Positions 21,789 to 32,901 are shown, counted from the stretch's first letter. The stretch: 64,000 nt of DNA from an uncultured Rickettsiales bacterium (GCA_944392135.1 CALXVQ010000004.1:52604-116603), one strand, 5' to 3'. The notes: generated by a model not told the origin, from the sequence alone. Numbers and translations: made by a program.

Positions 21789-21862
21789 TGTCAGATCGTC
21801 TAATGGTAGGACAACAGATTCTGATTCTGTTTATCTAGGTTCGAATCCTAGTCTGACAGCCA
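21789..21862 (+). tRNA. tRNA-Gln (anticodon CUG), CCA encoded
   Basis: Hand-folded cloverleaf: acceptor TGTCAGA/TCTGACA, D arm GTCT-AATGGTA-GGAC, anticodon arm ACAGA-TTCTGAT-TCTGT, T arm CTAGG-TTCGAAT-CCTAG, discriminator G, CCA. Confidence 0.9.
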
Positions 21863-21899
21863 TCAATCAAAAATATTGTTATTTATCAAGGAGATACAT

Positions 21900-22637
21900 A
21901 TGACAAAAAAATATATAGGCATTTGTATACCAAAAGAAAAACCTGATAAAGATTATGGTTTTCGTTTTCCTTATTATTATTGTTTAGAAACTATTGCAAA
22001 AGCTATTATTGATAATAATTGTATTCCACTTCCTATTTTTTATGAAAATAATATGGTTGATAATTATTTAGATATAATTGATGGTTTATTATTAACTGGT
22101 GATAGAGATATTGATCCTAAATATTATGGTGAAAAATTAATTGAAGAAGATAAAGAAATGGGCTTAATGTCAGATCAAAGAATGGATTTTCAAATAGATA
22201 TTTTAAATAAAATTTTAGTAAAAAAAGAAAAAAAGATACCTGTTATAGGAATATGTGCTGGTTTACAATCTATTAATGTTGTTATGGGTGGCACATTATA
22301 TCAAGATTTAATGAGAGATACAGGAACAAAAATTGAACATAGACAAGGTAATAGAAGTTTTACAGAAATTGCACACTATGTTGATGTTGTTGATAAAAAT
22401 TCTTTTTTATATAAAACAGTTCAAAAAGAGCATTTTGGTATTACGACTAATCATCATCAAGCAATAAAAGATTTAGCTGATGGTTTTAAAATTACAGCTG
22501 TTTCTAGTGAAGACAAAATTATTGAAGCTATTGAATTTTGTGGTGATGTGCCTTGCTATGCTTTTCAATGGCATCCAGAAAGATGTGCAACAAAAGAAGA
22601 TATTGAAATTTTGAAAGCTTTTTTTAAATTATGCTAA
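21900..22637 (+). CDS. class-I glutamine amidotransferase, peptidase C26 (gamma-glutamyl-GABA hydrolase-like)
   Basis: GICAGLQ nucleophile, HHQA, QWHPE. AAGGAG lies 6 nt before ATG 21900, so the tracked TTG start at 21876 is less likely. Confidence 0.75.
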   Translation: MTKKYIGICIPKEKPDKDYGFRFPYYYCLETIAKAIIDNNCIPLPIFYENNMVDNYLDIIDGLLLTGDRDIDPKYYGEKLIEEDKEMGLMSDQRMDFQIDILNKILVKKEKKIPVIGICAGLQSINVVMGGTLYQDLMRDTGTKIEHRQGNRSFTEIAHYVDVVDKNSFLYKTVQKEHFGITTNHHQAIKDLADGFKITAVSSEDKIIEAIEFCGDVPCYAFQWHPERCATKEDIEILKAFFKLC

Positions 22638-22701
22638 TTAAATAAGAAAATTTAATTTAAATTAATTATATTTTTCAATTGTATATTTTTATTATAAAAA
22701 A

Positions 22702-22733
22702 ATAGCCCACATAATTTAGTGGACTATTTTTTG
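22702..22733. terminator. hairpin plus T-run between convergent genes
   Basis: TAGCCCAC-loop-GTGGACTA followed by TTTTTT. Confidence 0.5.
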
Positions 22734-22752
22734 CTATATTATAATTAGATAA

Positions 22753-23583
22753 TTAGAATTGTGATGTCATTTTTAAACCAAATTGATATTCTGTAACATC
22801 TTTATAAGTATCCATATTATCTAAATCATTTAATGACATTGTGAAATATGCTCCAACATATGCATCTGGATTTAAAGCATAATTAGCATCTAAATTGAAG
22901 CCGTATTCATTATATGTGTCATATTTAGATACATCAACACCATCAACTAATTTTCCATCACCATTGAGATTATAGAATAAATCTAAACCAACTGTCATTT
23001 GATCAAAAATCATTTCATTTTCTAATTTTGCATAGAAAGCATAATCTTTTTCTAACTTAGTATTTGTGTATTCAGCATCGTGGTAGTATTTTCCACCAAT
23101 GGAGAAAGCCATATTGTAGTTATCAAGATCCATACCATATTTTAAAGCTAAATCAGCATAAACTTGTGATTCACCTGATAAAATGATTTCTCTTTCTTGA
23201 CCAACATTTAATGTAGCAAACATTTTATGTTTTCCGCATTCATAGAATTTTGATGTTAAACCAACATAATAATTTGTAAATTCTTCTGAAGCTTTTTCAC
23301 CATGATATTCTGGTGCAATATCAAATTGGAAACCAAAATTTAATGCAAGTTTATTTGATAAACCCATTTGAGCATCAAGATCAATATTCCAAGTTTTTTC
23401 TAATTCGTCATCCATACCTTCTGGTACCTTATCATATTTAGATGTTGTATAACCTAAATTTAATTCTGTTGCAATTTTACCTTGTTCTGGCATATAAATT
23501 GGACTTGTAATAGGTGTAGCAGCATTTGCTGTTCCATAAAGTGCTCCAAGTACGAGAGCTGTTGATAAAAACTGATTTTTCAT
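22753..23583 (-). CDS. outer-membrane beta-barrel (porin-like) protein
   Basis: Signal peptide MKNQFLSTALVLGALYGTANA, amphipathic strands, C-terminal ...GLKMTSQF. GGAGAA lies before the ATG at 23583. Confidence 0.6.
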   Translation of the reverse strand: MKNQFLSTALVLGALYGTANAATPITSPIYMPEQGKIATELNLGYTTSKYDKVPEGMDDELEKTWNIDLDAQMGLSNKLALNFGFQFDIAPEYHGEKASEEFTNYYVGLTSKFYECGKHKMFATLNVGQEREIILSGESQVYADLALKYGMDLDNYNMAFSIGGKYYHDAEYTNTKLEKDYAFYAKLENEMIFDQMTVGLDLFYNLNGDGKLVDGVDVSKYDTYNEYGFNLDANYALNPDAYVGAYFTMSLNDLDNMDTYKDVTEYQFGLKMTSQF

Positions 23584-23901
23584 AGTTTTCTCCATTTTTT
23601 TAGTAATAAAACAAAACAACTTAAAATTATATATTTACATATACAACTATTTTAAGTTATTTTATAAGTGTATTATAATACATAAAAAATTATTTGTCAA
23701 GAAATATATTTTTGGTAAAAAAATTATATCACGATAGTAAATATATAGTATTACAGAAAAATACAAAAAATATCATAATATAATTATTTTTTAGTTGTAA
23801 TATTTTGTAAAATAAAAATGTTATTTTTGTGTATAATTTTCTTGATAAAATAAAAACTTATTTTTATTATTCCTTTTAGAGTATTTTATTAAATTATTTT
23901 T

Positions 23902-24735
23902 ATGGATATAGAATTAGATAGGCTAGGACTTGTAGCTGGAAGTGGAGATTTGCCAATTTCAATTTTAAAAGAATGTGAAAAAAGCGATATTAAACCATTT
24001 GTTATAGTTTTAAAAGATTTTGCAAAAGAGAGTGATTATAGGGAATATACCCATAAGCCATTAAAATTTGGTGATGTTGGTAAGGCTATTTCATTTTTTA
24101 GAAAAAATAAGGTTAAACATATTGTTTTTGCTGGTGCTGTTAAAAAACCGGATTTAAAAACTATATGGCCTGATCTTAAAGGTTTTTTTCTATTAATGCG
24201 GTTATTAAAATGTAAAATATTTGGAGACGATACAATTTTACAAACTGCGATTAAATTTTTAGAAAAAGAAGGGTTTGAAATTTTACCTGTTGATAAAATA
24301 GTAAAAGATATAAAAATTTCACATGGTATAGCTGGCAATATACAATTACCAAATGAAGATTACATGACTGATATAGAATTAGGTGTTAAAGTTCTAAAAC
24401 AAATTGGTGATTTAGATATAGGGCAATCAATAATTATTCAAAATGGTATTGTAATGGGAATTGAATGCATTGAAGGTACTGAAAAGTTAATTGAAAGATG
24501 TGGACATTTAAAATATACAACTGGACGAAAACCTATTTTAGTTAAAATTAAAAAAACTAAACAAACTAGAAAAATAGATTTACCCGCTATTGGTGAAGAT
24601 ACAATTACACAGCTAAAACAAGCTGGTTTTGCTGGTGTTGCTATTGATTATGAAAATGGTCTCGTTATAAACAGAGAAGCAACAATTAATCTTGCCAATA
24701 AAAATAAAATTTTTATTTATGGGGTAAAAGGGTAA
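23902..24735 (+). CDS. lpxI: UDP-2,3-diacylglucosamine pyrophosphatase LpxI (DUF1009)
   Basis: LGLVAGSGDLP N-terminus and GQSIIIQNGIVMGIECIEGTEKLIERCG block. Confidence 0.8.
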   Translation: MDIELDRLGLVAGSGDLPISILKECEKSDIKPFVIVLKDFAKESDYREYTHKPLKFGDVGKAISFFRKNKVKHIVFAGAVKKPDLKTIWPDLKGFFLLMRLLKCKIFGDDTILQTAIKFLEKEGFEILPVDKIVKDIKISHGIAGNIQLPNEDYMTDIELGVKVLKQIGDLDIGQSIIIQNGIVMGIECIEGTEKLIERCGHLKYTTGRKPILVKIKKTKQTRKIDLPAIGEDTITQLKQAGFAGVAIDYENGLVINREATINLANKNKIFIYGVKG

Positions 24736-25014
24736 TCAAAATTTTTATTTATAGAATTTTCATAGTGAATATAAATAAATTAAGGATATTTTTCTAACCT
24801 TTTTTTAATATTATGTATTATAATTTTATTTACAAATATCACAATAAAATAATATAGTATTATAAAATATTCATTATATTGCTAAATAAATGTTATATAT
24901 AAATAAGTTTATTAATTATAATTTTTCTATATAAATTATTTTCTTGAAAAATTAAATGTTTATTTTATAATTTTTGATAAGTTTTTATTTAATAACAAAG
25001 AAATAAGTAAAGAT

Positions 25015-26298
25015 ATGGAAAGAAAGAGAGTTGTAATAACTGGTATGGGTATGGTATCTCCACTTGGTAGTAGTGTAAAAACAAGTTGGGAAGGTATTAA
25101 AAATTCAAAAAGTGGAATTAGAGTTATTAAAAGCTTTAATGCCTTAGAATTACCTGATAGTATTAGTAAAGTTGCTGGTGAAATTAAAATGGCAACAGAA
25201 GAAGGTGTTGTTGATGGTTTTAATCCTGATTTATTTGTAGAAAAGAAAGATCAAAGAAAAATGGGTAAGTTCATTTGGTTAGCAATGGGTGCTGCAAGTG
25301 AAGCAATTGAAGATTCTGGTTGGAAACCAACAGATGAAAAAGATTTAGCAAGAACTGGTGTTATGATGGGTTCTGGTATTGGTGGACTTGATTATATACA
25401 AAACACTTGTCAAACAATGTTTTCAAGGGGTGTAAACAAAATTAGTCCTTTCTTCGTTCCTGGAAGTTTAATTAATTTAACAACTGGTCATATTTCAATT
25501 AAATATGGCTTTACAGGTCCTAATGAATCCATGGTTACAGCTTGTGCTTCTGGTAGTCATGCTATTGGCGAAAGTGCTGCTACTATTGCAAGAGGTGAAG
25601 CTGATGTTATGATTGCTGGTGGCGCTGAATCTACAATATGTGAATTAGGTGTTGGTGGTTTCTCTGCTATGCATGCATTATCTACATCTTACACTAATTC
25701 ACCTGAAACAGCATCTAGACCTTGGGATAAAGGAAGAGATGGCTTTGTTATAGCAGAAGGCGCAGGTGTTTTAGTTCTTGAAGAATACGAACATGCTAAA
25801 AAAAGAGGTGCTAAAATTTATGCTGAATTAGTTGGTTTTGGAAGCAGTGGTGATGCTTATCATATTACATTACCTGAACCAGAAGGAAAAGGACAAATTA
25901 AAGCTATGGAAATGGCTTTGAAAGATGCAAATATTAACCCAGAACAAGTTGGTTATATTAATGCTCATGGAACATCAACTCCAAAAGGTGATATATTTGA
26001 ATTTAATTCAGTAAAAACAGTATTTAATAATTGTTTAGATAAAATATCAATGTCTTCTACAAAATCAGCAACAGGACATACATTAGGTGCTGCTGGTGCA
26101 TTAGAAGCTATTTTCTCAATCAAAGCAATTAATGATAGTTTATTACCACCTACATTAAATCTTAATGATTTAGATGAAGAATGCCAAGGTATTGATTTAG
26201 TACCATTAAAAGCAAAAGAAAAAAATATTGAATATGCTTTATCTAATTCATTTGGTTTTGGTGGAACTAATGCAAGTTTGATATTTAAAAAAATATAA
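25015..26298 (+). CDS. fabF: 3-oxoacyl-ACP synthase II
   Basis: RVVITGMG, active-site TACASG, HGTSTP, GHTLGAAG, NSFGFGGTNASL. Confidence 0.95.
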   Translation: MERKRVVITGMGMVSPLGSSVKTSWEGIKNSKSGIRVIKSFNALELPDSISKVAGEIKMATEEGVVDGFNPDLFVEKKDQRKMGKFIWLAMGAASEAIEDSGWKPTDEKDLARTGVMMGSGIGGLDYIQNTCQTMFSRGVNKISPFFVPGSLINLTTGHISIKYGFTGPNESMVTACASGSHAIGESAATIARGEADVMIAGGAESTICELGVGGFSAMHALSTSYTNSPETASRPWDKGRDGFVIAEGAGVLVLEEYEHAKKRGAKIYAELVGFGSSGDAYHITLPEPEGKGQIKAMEMALKDANINPEQVGYINAHGTSTPKGDIFEFNSVKTVFNNCLDKISMSSTKSATGHTLGAAGALEAIFSIKAINDSLLPPTLNLNDLDEECQGIDLVPLKAKEKNIEYALSNSFGFGGTNASLIFKKI

Positions 26299-26322
26299 TT
26301 TTTATATAAATAGTATTATAAT

Positions 26323-26354
26323 AGTCCTTAATAATCTTATTGGGGACTATTTTG
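26323..26354 (+). terminator. fabF rho-independent terminator
   Basis: AGTCCTTAATAA/TTATTGGGGACT stem (two G-U pairs) followed by ATTTTG. Confidence 0.55.
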
Positions 26355-26396
26355 TATATAAAATGTTTGCAGTATTGCTTTTGAATGTTGAATTTT

Positions 26397-26880
26397 ATGG
26401 ATTGCTACTCCTTCTGCGAAGTCTTGCAATGACGAGTGCAGAGTATGGTAGTGTGTAGTAGTCGTCATCCCGAGATTGCCACGGCTTTTTCAAAGTTTCG
26501 CAATGACAGCCAAGAATAAACGAGATTGCCACGGCTTTTTCAAAGCTTCGCAATAACAGCCCCCTTTTTGTCATTGCGAGGAGTGAAACGACGAAGCAAT
26601 CAACAACTGCCTATTCCCCCATCGTCATTGCGAGGAGTGAAACGACGAAGCAATCCACAAACCAATAAAAGTCAATACAAAAACAGAAAAACAAAAGAAT
26701 TTGCTACCATTTACCCCTTTGTCATTGCGAGTAGAGCGAAGCAATCTATAATCACTGATAGTAAACACAAAAACAGAAAAGAAAAATAATTCTGTAAATA
26801 AATAATTATGTCTCATACCGAGATTACCATAGGCCTTCGGTTCTCACAATGACAATGTGTAGTATTGTGGTTTTTTGTGA
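26397..26880. repeat. GC-rich palindromic repeat cluster B
   Basis: About 8 units of GATTGCC...CGCAATGAC / GTCATTGCGAG...GAAGCAATC with ACAAAAACAGAAAA linkers. This is the source of the short ORFs 26526..26789 and 26625..26816. Confidence 0.85.
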
Positions 26881-27073
26881 TAATAATAAAGTCTAATTTT
26901 ATTATATTATACAATTATAATAATAGTTGTAATAAATAAGAAAAATAAAATCTTATTATGATATAATAATAACTATAAAATTAATATTATTATTTCTAAT
27001 AAAATTTCTTTTTATTTACAATAGATAAATACTAATTTTTATTAAAATCATTAAATAATATTTCTATAAATAA

Positions 27074-28528
27074 CTAACCTAATTTTTTCTTTAAAATTTC
27101 ATTAATCATTTTAGGATTAGCTTTGCCACCACTAGCTTTCATTGTTTGACCTACAAAGAAACCAAATAATTTTTCATTGCCGGCTTTGTACTGTTCAACT
27201 TGTTTAGAATTATTAGCTATAACTTCGTCAACAATTTTTTCAATAGCACCTGTGTCAGCAACTTGTTTTAGGCCTTTTTCTTCAACAATTTTTGTTGGGG
27301 ATTCTTTTGTCTCCATCATGATATCTAAAACATCTTTTGCAATTTTTCCAGAAATTGTATTATTTTCTAATAAATCTAAAAGTTCTATCATCATATCAGC
27401 AGAAACAGGGCTGTCATCTATTGTTAATGCAGCTTTGTTTAATCTACCAAATAATTCGGAAGTAATCCAAGTTGTGGTTAATTTAGGGCTATGTTTAGAA
27501 ACAACTGTTTCAAAATAAGCACTTATACTTGTGGATGCTGTTAAAACACCAGCATCATATTCGCTAATGCCATATTCAGCTATATATCTTGCTTTTTTAG
27601 CTTCTGGTAATTCAGGCATTTCTTTTTTAACTTCATCAATTAATTCTTGTGTAATTACTAATGGCGCTAAATCTGGATCAGGGAAATATCTATAATCAAT
27701 AGCATCTTCTTTACTTCTCATTGTTGAGGTTTCACCTGTTAATGCATTAAATCTTCTTGTCTCTTGCGATATTTTGCCACCATCTTCTAAAATTTCTACT
27801 TGTCTATGAGCTTCAATATCTATTGCTTCACCAACATTTTTAATTGAGTTCATATTTTTTACTTCACATCTTGTGCCTAATTTTGTATCACCAACTTTTC
27901 TAACAGAAACATTAGCATCGCATCTCATACTTCCTTTTTCCATATCTGCATTTGATGTGTCTAATGCTCTTAATAAAGATCTTAATTCTTTTAAATATTC
28001 CATTGCTTCATATGGGCTTCTTAAATCTGGTTCTGAAACAATTTCTAAAAGACAAACACCACTTCTGTTTAAATCAACAAGTGTAAAAGTAGGATGTTGA
28101 TCGTGAATTGACTTTCCAGCATCTTGTTCCATATGTGCTTCGTGTATTCTAATTTTTTTCTTTGTTTTATCTTCTAATTCTATTTCTAACCAACCATTTT
28201 TAATTATAGGGTAGTAAAATTGTGTAATTTGATAACCAGAAGGTAAATCTTGATAAAAATAATTTTTTCTGTCAAAAACACTCTTCATGTTAAATTCTGC
28301 ATTTAAACCGAGTCCAGTTTTTACAGCTTGTCTTACAGCATAAGCATTTATAACAGGTAATTGTCCAGGCATAGCATTATCATAGAAAGAAACATTTGAA
28401 TTTTGTGGTTTTCCAAATTCTGTTGAACTTCTAGAAAATAATTTAGTATTACTTTTAATTTGACAATGGACTTCTAAACCAATAACAACTTCCCAAGAAC
28501 CTGTTTTTCCTTCTATAATATAAGACAT
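27074..28528 (-). CDS. gatB: Asp/Glu-tRNA amidotransferase subunit B
   Basis: WEVVIGLEVHCQ, CDANVS, full-length GatB including the YqeY-like tail. Confidence 0.95.
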   Translation of the reverse strand: MSYIIEGKTGSWEVVIGLEVHCQIKSNTKLFSRSSTEFGKPQNSNVSFYDNAMPGQLPVINAYAVRQAVKTGLGLNAEFNMKSVFDRKNYFYQDLPSGYQITQFYYPIIKNGWLEIELEDKTKKKIRIHEAHMEQDAGKSIHDQHPTFTLVDLNRSGVCLLEIVSEPDLRSPYEAMEYLKELRSLLRALDTSNADMEKGSMRCDANVSVRKVGDTKLGTRCEVKNMNSIKNVGEAIDIEAHRQVEILEDGGKISQETRRFNALTGETSTMRSKEDAIDYRYFPDPDLAPLVITQELIDEVKKEMPELPEAKKARYIAEYGISEYDAGVLTASTSISAYFETVVSKHSPKLTTTWITSELFGRLNKAALTIDDSPVSADMMIELLDLLENNTISGKIAKDVLDIMMETKESPTKIVEEKGLKQVADTGAIEKIVDEVIANNSKQVEQYKAGNEKLFGFFVGQTMKASGGKANPKMINEILKKKLG

Positions 28529-28666
28529 TTTTACCTTTAATTTTTAACACTATGAGAAATAATATTATGTATTTTTTTCTTTTCAAGAAATATTATATAA
28601 TAATTTTTACTTGACTAAAATATAATATTTTTTAGACTTTTTTTGTTGTATAACAAAATATTTATT

Positions 28667-29104
28667 ATGAAAGTTGAAATAAAAAGACTTGAAGGAAATG
28701 ATTTAGAACTGCCAAGCTATGAAACCAAAAATAGTGCTGGTATGGATCTTAGAGCTTGTATTACAGAAAATATTGTTCTTAAAAAAGGTGAAAGAAAATT
28801 AATAAAAACAGGTATATCTATTGCTTTGCCAGAAAATTATGAAGCACAGGTTCGACCTAGAAGTGGATTAGCTTTAAAAAATGGTATTACAGTATTAAAT
28901 ACACCGGGTACAATAGATGCTGATTATAGAGGTGAAATTGGTGTTATATTAATAAATTTAGGTGATAGTGATTTTACTATTGAAAGAGGTATGAGGATTG
29001 CACAAATGGTTATTGCACCAGTTGTACAAGCTGAACTTGTAGAAGTAAAAGAACTTGATGAAACAAGTAGAGGCAAGGGGGGCTTTGGTTCAACAGGTGT
29101 TTAA
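28667..29104 (+). CDS. dut: dUTP diphosphatase
   Basis: [38 protein letters not shown] at 28667 (MKVEIKRL). Confidence 0.9.
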   Translation: MKVEIKRLEGNDLELPSYETKNSAGMDLRACITENIVLKKGERKLIKTGISIALPENYEAQVRPRSGLALKNGITVLNTPGTIDADYRGEIGVILINLGDSDFTIERGMRIAQMVIAPVVQAELVEVKELDETSRGKGGFGSTGV

Positions 29105-29702
29105 GAAAATTTTTTTATTTTTATTTATCATATTATCAAGCATAAATTTAAGTTTTGCAGAAGGTAATGCTGAGATACTTAATAGCGTTGAAAATTACTT
29201 AAATAATATTAAATATCTTCAAGCTAATTTTTTGCAAGATAATAAAGCATCTTCTGATTTGTCAGAAGGAGTATTTTATTTATCAAGACCTGGTAAATTA
29301 AGAATTGATTATAATAACCCATTTGAAGCAAGCCTATATACAAATGGTAGTATTACAACATATTATGATAAAGATTTAGACGAAATTAGTAATATTAGGA
29401 CATCGTCTACTCCATTGCATTTTTTGTTGAAAGAAAATATTAATTTTAATGATAAATCTTTTAAAATTACACATGTTAAAGAAACAAACACAAATATTAT
29501 GGTAAGTTTTGTTGAAACTGATAATGAAGAACAAGGTTATTTAGTGTTAAACTTTAAAAAATCTCCTTTAACTTTGTCATCAATAAAATTGGTTTTAGAA
29601 GATGGGCAAGAAATAGAAATGTCTTTATATAATATTTCAAACAAAGAAATTAAAAATTCTATTTTTGAATTTCAAAACCCAAGAATAAAAAGAAAGATAT
29701 AG
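29097..29702 (+). CDS. LolA-like outer-membrane lipoprotein carrier family protein
   Basis: Signal peptide then [33 protein letters not shown]...[10 protein letters not shown]. The start is uncertain: GTG 29097 or the tracked ATG 29055 inside dut. Confidence 0.65.
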   Translation: MFKKIFLFLFIILSSINLSFAEGNAEILNSVENYLNNIKYLQANFLQDNKASSDLSEGVFYLSRPGKLRIDYNNPFEASLYTNGSITTYYDKDLDEISNIRTSSTPLHFLLKENINFNDKSFKITHVKETNTNIMVSFVETDNEEQGYLVLNFKKSPLTLSSIKLVLEDGQEIEMSLYNISNKEIKNSIFEFQNPRIKRKI

Positions 29703-29706
29703 ATTG

Positions 29707-31002
29707 ATGAAAGTTCTTTTAAAATATTTTTTAATTTTTATATTTGCTATTCAAAGCAGTTTTGCTGGGAATAGCATTTCTTTAATTAGGGATACAGAAA
29801 TAGAAAATTTTTTATATGAAATATCTTCACCGATTTTTAAGTCAGCAGGGCTTGAACCCAATGATATAAATATTTATATTATAAATGATAATGCAATAAA
29901 TGCTTTTGTTGCAGGGGGACAAAATATATTTGTCAATACGGGAACTATAACAAGTTTTGACACTCCTGATGCTGTTTTAGGTATTATAGCACATGAAACA
30001 GGCCATATATCTGCCGGACATCTAGCTAGATCTAGTGAACAAATCGGGGGACTTAAAAATGTTAGTATAGGAGCAATTTTATTAGGTATTGGGGCTTTAA
30101 TTGCTGGCGTGCCTGAATTAGGGCAAGCTATAATTTTTGGTGGTATGCAAGCACAGCAACAAACAATACTTAGTTATACCAGAAGTCAAGAAGAAATGGC
30201 TGATGAATTAGCTACAAACTACTTAAATGATAACTCGTTATCTTCTTCTGCTTTATTACATTCTATGAATAAATTTTATATAGATGAATTAAGTTATTCT
30301 AACAATATGGAATATTATTCAACTCACCCATTAAGTAGAAATAGAAAACAATTTATAGAAAATAAAATAAAAAAAGAAACTGTTAATAATGACAATTTTA
30401 ATAAAAAATATAGGAATGATTTTAATTTTGTAAAATATAAGATTTTAGCTTATAATAATGAAATTAAAATTGATGATACTACTAATTTAGATTATCAAAA
30501 ATATGCTAATAGTATTTTGTATATGAATAATAATACAGAAAAAGCTTTGCAAAATGTGAATTATTTAATTAAAAAATATAAAGACAATCCATATTTTTAT
30601 GAATTAAAAGGTGATATTTATTTAAAAGATAATAATATAACGGAATCTTTAAAAAATTTCGAAATAGCTAATAAATTAATTAAAAATAATGTTTTAATAA
30701 AAAAGATGATTGCTTTTATTATAATTAAGTATAATCAAAAAGATTCTTATAATTTAGCTATTGAAAATTTAAATTATGTTATTCAAAAAGATAATCAAGA
30801 TAATGGAGCATTGAGATTATTGGCAGAAGTGTATTATAAAAATAATGAATTAAGTTTATCTTACTTAAATTTAGCAAAGTATTATGCAAATATAAATCAA
30901 AAAGACAAAGCTAATAATTATATAAAAATGGCCTTAGAAAATACACAAGATAAAGCTACTATAAATAAAATAGAAGATTTAAAATTAACTATGAGTAATT
31001 AA
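29707..31002 (+). CDS. M48-family Zn metalloprotease with C-terminal TPR region (BepA/YfgC-like)
   Basis: Signal peptide, HETGHISAGH (HExxH), downstream E, TPR-like repeats. Confidence 0.75.
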   Translation: MKVLLKYFLIFIFAIQSSFAGNSISLIRDTEIENFLYEISSPIFKSAGLEPNDINIYIINDNAINAFVAGGQNIFVNTGTITSFDTPDAVLGIIAHETGHISAGHLARSSEQIGGLKNVSIGAILLGIGALIAGVPELGQAIIFGGMQAQQQTILSYTRSQEEMADELATNYLNDNSLSSSALLHSMNKFYIDELSYSNNMEYYSTHPLSRNRKQFIENKIKKETVNNDNFNKKYRNDFNFVKYKILAYNNEIKIDDTTNLDYQKYANSILYMNNNTEKALQNVNYLIKKYKDNPYFYELKGDIYLKDNNITESLKNFEIANKLIKNNVLIKKMIAFIIIKYNQKDSYNLAIENLNYVIQKDNQDNGALRLLAEVYYKNNELSLSYLNLAKYYANINQKDKANNYIKMALENTQDKATINKIEDLKLTMSN

Positions 31003-31077
31003 TATTTATAAAATAAAAAAGTTGATTTTAATTTTTTATTATATATTGTATTTCTAGTTCTGTTATTGGAGTTTTAA

Positions 31078-31371
31078 ATGAAAAAGTTTGTAGATAGTGA
31101 AAAATTAAATAAGCTTTGTAAATTAGCAAGAATTTATATAAAACCAGAAGATACTAATAAATTTCTTGATTTAATTAATGGAGATTTAGAATTATTGGAA
31201 GCATTAGATAAAATTGATACTAGTAATTTAAAAGAATTAGTAAATCCTTATGATATAGAGCTTAAAACTTATGAAGATATTGTCAGTGATGGTAATGTTG
31301 TCGATGAATTAATGAGGTGTGCTCCTAAGGAGTTATATAATTATTTTGTTGTTCCAAAGGTTGTAAAATAA
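31078..31371 (+). CDS. gatC: Asp/Glu-tRNA amidotransferase subunit C
   Basis: 97-aa protein immediately upstream of gatA, with KLCKLARIYIKPED... GatC-like N-terminus. Confidence 0.75.
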   Translation: MKKFVDSEKLNKLCKLARIYIKPEDTNKFLDLINGDLELLEALDKIDTSNLKELVNPYDIELKTYEDIVSDGNVVDELMRCAPKELYNYFVVPKVVK

Positions 31372-31382
31372 TAGGAGATATC

Positions 31383-32849
31383 ATGAATTTAACAAAAATG
31401 ACATTATTAGAAGCAAAAGAAGCTTTATTAAATAAAAAAGTTAGCAGTGTTGAATTAACAGAAGAATGCATTAATAAAATTAAAGAAAATAAAAAACTTA
31501 ATGCCTTTGTTACAGAAACTCTTGATTTAGCAAAAGAAAAAGCAAAAGAATCTGATAAAAAAATTGCAGAAGGTAAAGCTGGAAAACTTGAAGGTATACC
31601 ATTTGCAGTAAAAGATTTATTTTGTACAAAAGGTATAAAAACAACTTCATCATCTAAAATGTTAGAAAATTTTATACCGCCATATGAATCTACTGTTACA
31701 TCTATTCTTGATAAAGAAGGTTATGTTATGGTTGGTAAAACAAATATGGATGAGTTTGCTTGTGGTTCAACTACTAAAACAAGTTATTTTGGTGCTACAA
31801 TTAATCCTTACAAAGCAAATAACAGTGATAGAGATTTAGTTCCTGGCGGTTCTTCTGGTGGTTCTGCTGTTGCTGTTGCTAGTGAAATGGCTTTTGGTGC
31901 TACTGGAAGTGATACTGGTGGTTCAATTAGACAACCAGCTAGTTTTTGTGGTTTAGTTGGTATTAAACCTACATATGGTAGAATTTCTAGATATGGTATG
32001 ATATCTTATGCTAGTTCGTTAGATCAAGCTGGTTTTTTTACAAAAGATATTAAAGATTCTGCTTATTTAACAGAATTAGTTAGTGGAAAAGATGATAAAG
32101 ATTCCACAACTGTTGCAAAAGAAGTTCCTAATTATTTAAAAAATCTTAATTCTAATATCAAAGGAAAGAAAGTTGGTATAATTAAAGAATTTTTAAATCT
32201 TGGTGATAAGTTAGAAAAAGATAATCAAAAAGCTTTTGAAAATGCTGTTGAATTATTAAAGAAAGGTGGAGCAGAAATTATTGAAATTTCAATACCTACA
32301 ATTACAGTTACAGATTTATTATATATGGCTATTTCTTATACGGAATTAGGTTCTAATTTAGCTAGATTTGATGGTGTAAGATATGGACACAGAACAGCAG
32401 AAGAAGTTAAATCATTAGATGATATATATTATAAATCAAGAAGTGAAGGCTTTAATGATAATATTAAGAAAAGAATATTATTAGGTTATTTTTTATCATC
32501 TTCTGAAAATTATGAGAAATATTTTATTAAATCTCAAAAAATTAGAAGAAAATTAGCTAATGAATTTATAGAAGCATTTAAAAAAGTTGATGTAATTTTA
32601 ACTCCTGCAACTGTTGGTGTTGCTTTCCCTATTAAACAAACAGAAGAAGAAATTAAAGCTAACAAAGATAGCAATGCTTTAAATGATTTCTTTGTATGTC
32701 CTGCAAATATGGCTGGTCTTCCAGCTATTAGTGTACCTTTTGGTTTTTCAAGTACTGGTTTACCAATAGGTATGCAATTTATAGGAAACTATTTTGATGA
32801 ACAAAGTATATTTAACTTTGGTTTGTTTATTGAAGAAAATTTAAAATAA
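31383..32849 (+). CDS. gatA: Asp/Glu-tRNA amidotransferase subunit A
   Basis: Amidase signature GIPFAVKDLF, GGSSGGSAVAVA, GSDTGGSIRQPA. Confidence 0.95.
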   Translation: MNLTKMTLLEAKEALLNKKVSSVELTEECINKIKENKKLNAFVTETLDLAKEKAKESDKKIAEGKAGKLEGIPFAVKDLFCTKGIKTTSSSKMLENFIPPYESTVTSILDKEGYVMVGKTNMDEFACGSTTKTSYFGATINPYKANNSDRDLVPGGSSGGSAVAVASEMAFGATGSDTGGSIRQPASFCGLVGIKPTYGRISRYGMISYASSLDQAGFFTKDIKDSAYLTELVSGKDDKDSTTVAKEVPNYLKNLNSNIKGKKVGIIKEFLNLGDKLEKDNQKAFENAVELLKKGGAEIIEISIPTITVTDLLYMAISYTELGSNLARFDGVRYGHRTAEEVKSLDDIYYKSRSEGFNDNIKKRILLGYFLSSSENYEKYFIKSQKIRRKLANEFIEAFKKVDVILTPATVGVAFPIKQTEEEIKANKDSNALNDFFVCPANMAGLPAISVPFGFSSTGLPIGMQFIGNYFDEQSIFNFGLFIEENLK

Positions 32850-32901
32850 TTATTGTTTTATAAAAAATTCATATATACTGAAAGTTGTTAAAAAACTTTT
32901 A

